Shown piece after piece: positions 27,342 to 28,561 of a stretch of DNA of 28,561 nucleotides. Numbering within the stretch: position 1 is the first letter of the stretch; each line of letters starts with the position of its first letter. The notes beneath the pieces are model-generated. The model had not been told where the DNA came from. It did no database searches and saw nothing but the letters and a program-made list of their open reading frames with translations. The DNA comes from Armatimonadota bacterium (GTDB lineage Bacteria > Armatimonadota > Armatimonadia > Armatimonadales > Armatimonadaceae): positions 1 through 28,561 of the forward strand of contig JAYUUO010000221.1 of NCBI GenBank assembly GCA_043754515.1, in the 5' to 3' direction. The translations under genes and the position numbers were made by a program.

Positions 27342-28421
27342 TCACCGCCCGAACTCGTCTTTCAGCAGATCGCGCACCGCGCCCCGGACGTACGCAACCC
27401 ACTCATCGCGCTCCCCCGGTGACAGTGCCCCCCACGCCGCGTCGTCCGCAACCAGTGCCTCGTCCATCACCTCGGCGGACAGGAGCGCGAACAATTCACG
27501 CGCCCACGCGCCACGGTTCCGGTTCGGGCGGGGTACTACCTTCGACACCGTGGCGTCGAGCCGGTTTCCCGTCACGCGGCAGTAGGCTTCCCATTTCAAA
27601 CGGTCGAGCGCGTTGCCGGTCGGCGGGCTTTGCGCGGCACCCGCGTCCGCCCACTTCCGGGCCGCGTGGAACCGCGCGTCCTCGGCGAACTCCGCGATCT
27701 TGATCTTGAGTAGCGGGCGAATCAGGCCCCCCGCGCCCGTGACCGTGATCTCGCGGACGGGGCGTATCACGATCCCCTCGGCGCGGTTCGTGCCGACCGG
27801 TAGCGGCGGCAGACCGAGCGTTGCCGGAATAGTGCTGTCGAAACGAGGCGGGTAGTCCGTCGCCTGTTCGTAAGTCCCGATCCGTAGCGGGGCGAGGCAC
27901 GGCACCCCGGCGGCGGTCAGGATCGCCCGCGCCGCCTCCCAGTCCAGGTACCACCGCCCGTCACCGCCGTCGCCACCCTCTACCGCGACGTCGAAGGCCG
28001 CGAAATGAATGCCCGGCGCGTACCAGACGCCGGTCTGCACCGGCTCAACGCCTGCCACGGTTACCACTTCGGGGTGCGGGTACGCGCCGCCGAACAGTTC
28101 GCCGTAAACGCTCACGCGGGCGACCACCCCGGTCGGTGTCGCCTGCCGCGCCCCGGCTAGCACCGCCCGCGCCGCATTCCGTAGCGCGGGGGCGAGATGA
28201 TCCCGAACGGTCTGCCAGCCGAAGAACGGTTCGTCGTTCGCGAGCGGTCGGCGTCGGCTCGCCCCGCGCACGGCGTCGCCTTCGATCACGAGGCAGAAGT
28301 TCGCGCCGTGGACTTTTTCCGTCACCGCCCACGGGACGCGGCGCAGGGCGCGAAACCCCGCCGCGTCCAGCCGCCACTCCGCCGACGATTCGGCGATCTT
28401 CTCATAGCCGGAAAATATCAA
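27342..28421 (-). CDS. Rnl2-like ATP-dependent RNA ligase
   Basis: Motif I EKVHGANF, III YGELFGG, IIIa FAAFDV, IV EGIVIRP, V LKIK..F.E; start TTG 28421 or GTG 28448, both overlapping the upstream ligase. Confidence 0.87.
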   Translation of the reverse strand: MIFSGYEKIAESSAEWRLDAAGFRALRRVPWAVTEKVHGANFCLVIEGDAVRGASRRRPLANDEPFFGWQTVRDHLAPALRNAARAVLAGARQATPTGVVARVSVYGELFGGAYPHPEVVTVAGVEPVQTGVWYAPGIHFAAFDVAVEGGDGGDGRWYLDWEAARAILTAAGVPCLAPLRIGTYEQATDYPPRFDSTIPATLGLPPLPVGTNRAEGIVIRPVREITVTGAGGLIRPLLKIKIAEFAEDARFHAARKWADAGAAQSPPTGNALDRLKWEAYCRVTGNRLDATVSKVVPRPNRNRGAWARELFALLSAEVMDEALVADDAAWGALSPGERDEWVAYVRGAVRDLLKDEFGR

Positions 28422-28561
28422 CGTCGCCCCGCAACCGGTTCGCGACACGCGGGCGGTCCTGCCAGTGTGTCCCCGAATCCAGAATCGTTTGTATGAACGC
28501 CTTGCGCACCCACTTATAGCGTCCGCGCACCGCGCCGCCCTCCTCCCACTTGAGGTACAAG
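28402..28561 (-). CDS. 3' end of a second RNA-ligase-family protein (partial)
   Basis: LYLKWEEGGAVRGRYKWVRKAFIQTILDSGTHWQDRPRVANRL..* resembles motifs IV/V and the HW..RP..N.L tail of RNA-ligase-family proteins; TGA at 28402-28404; not in the ORF track. Confidence 0.75.
   Translation of the reverse strand, partial: LYLKWEEGGAVRGRYKWVRKAFIQTILDSGTHWQDRPRVANRLRGDVDIFRL

Noticed and set aside
28402..28405. ATGA overlap as the start of the Rnl2-like ligase
   Set aside because: That ATG is out of frame with the ligase; TTG 28421 or GTG 28448 are the in-frame options

Overview
GC-rich bacterial chromosomal window, probably Armatimonadota (inferred from a DUF1559 prepilin-type/H-X9-DG gene of the [31 protein letters not shown] type and an SLH-like/Wzi protein). 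Ordinary genes: end of a GT4 glycosyltransferase, Gfo/Idh/MocA oxidoreductase, proA, MscS, Tat-signal Mn-type SOD, sugar transferase-PglF/CapD-Wzi cluster, NodB deacetylase, aldo/keto reductase, PAP2 and a ferritin-like/VIT1 fusion. Five things stand out. (1) A ~430-520 nt non-coding region at 22993-23425/23514 has many long helices, two pseudoknot/kissing pairings and alternative folds; it is a candidate large ncRNA with no family I can recognise. (2) A 6590-bp composite transposon (4259-10848) has IS66-type ends and a perfect 8-bp TSD (TCACGGGT); it carries LacI-DUF1559-lipoprotein-GH30 and has a nested IS982. (3) An RNA-repair-like operon encodes two different RNA ligases plus HD-Pnk. (4) A second structured-RNA candidate lies at 132-494. 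(5) A run of decaying accessory genes spans 16.1-24.7 kb. All calls come from motif reading and manual base-pairing; no database searches were run.
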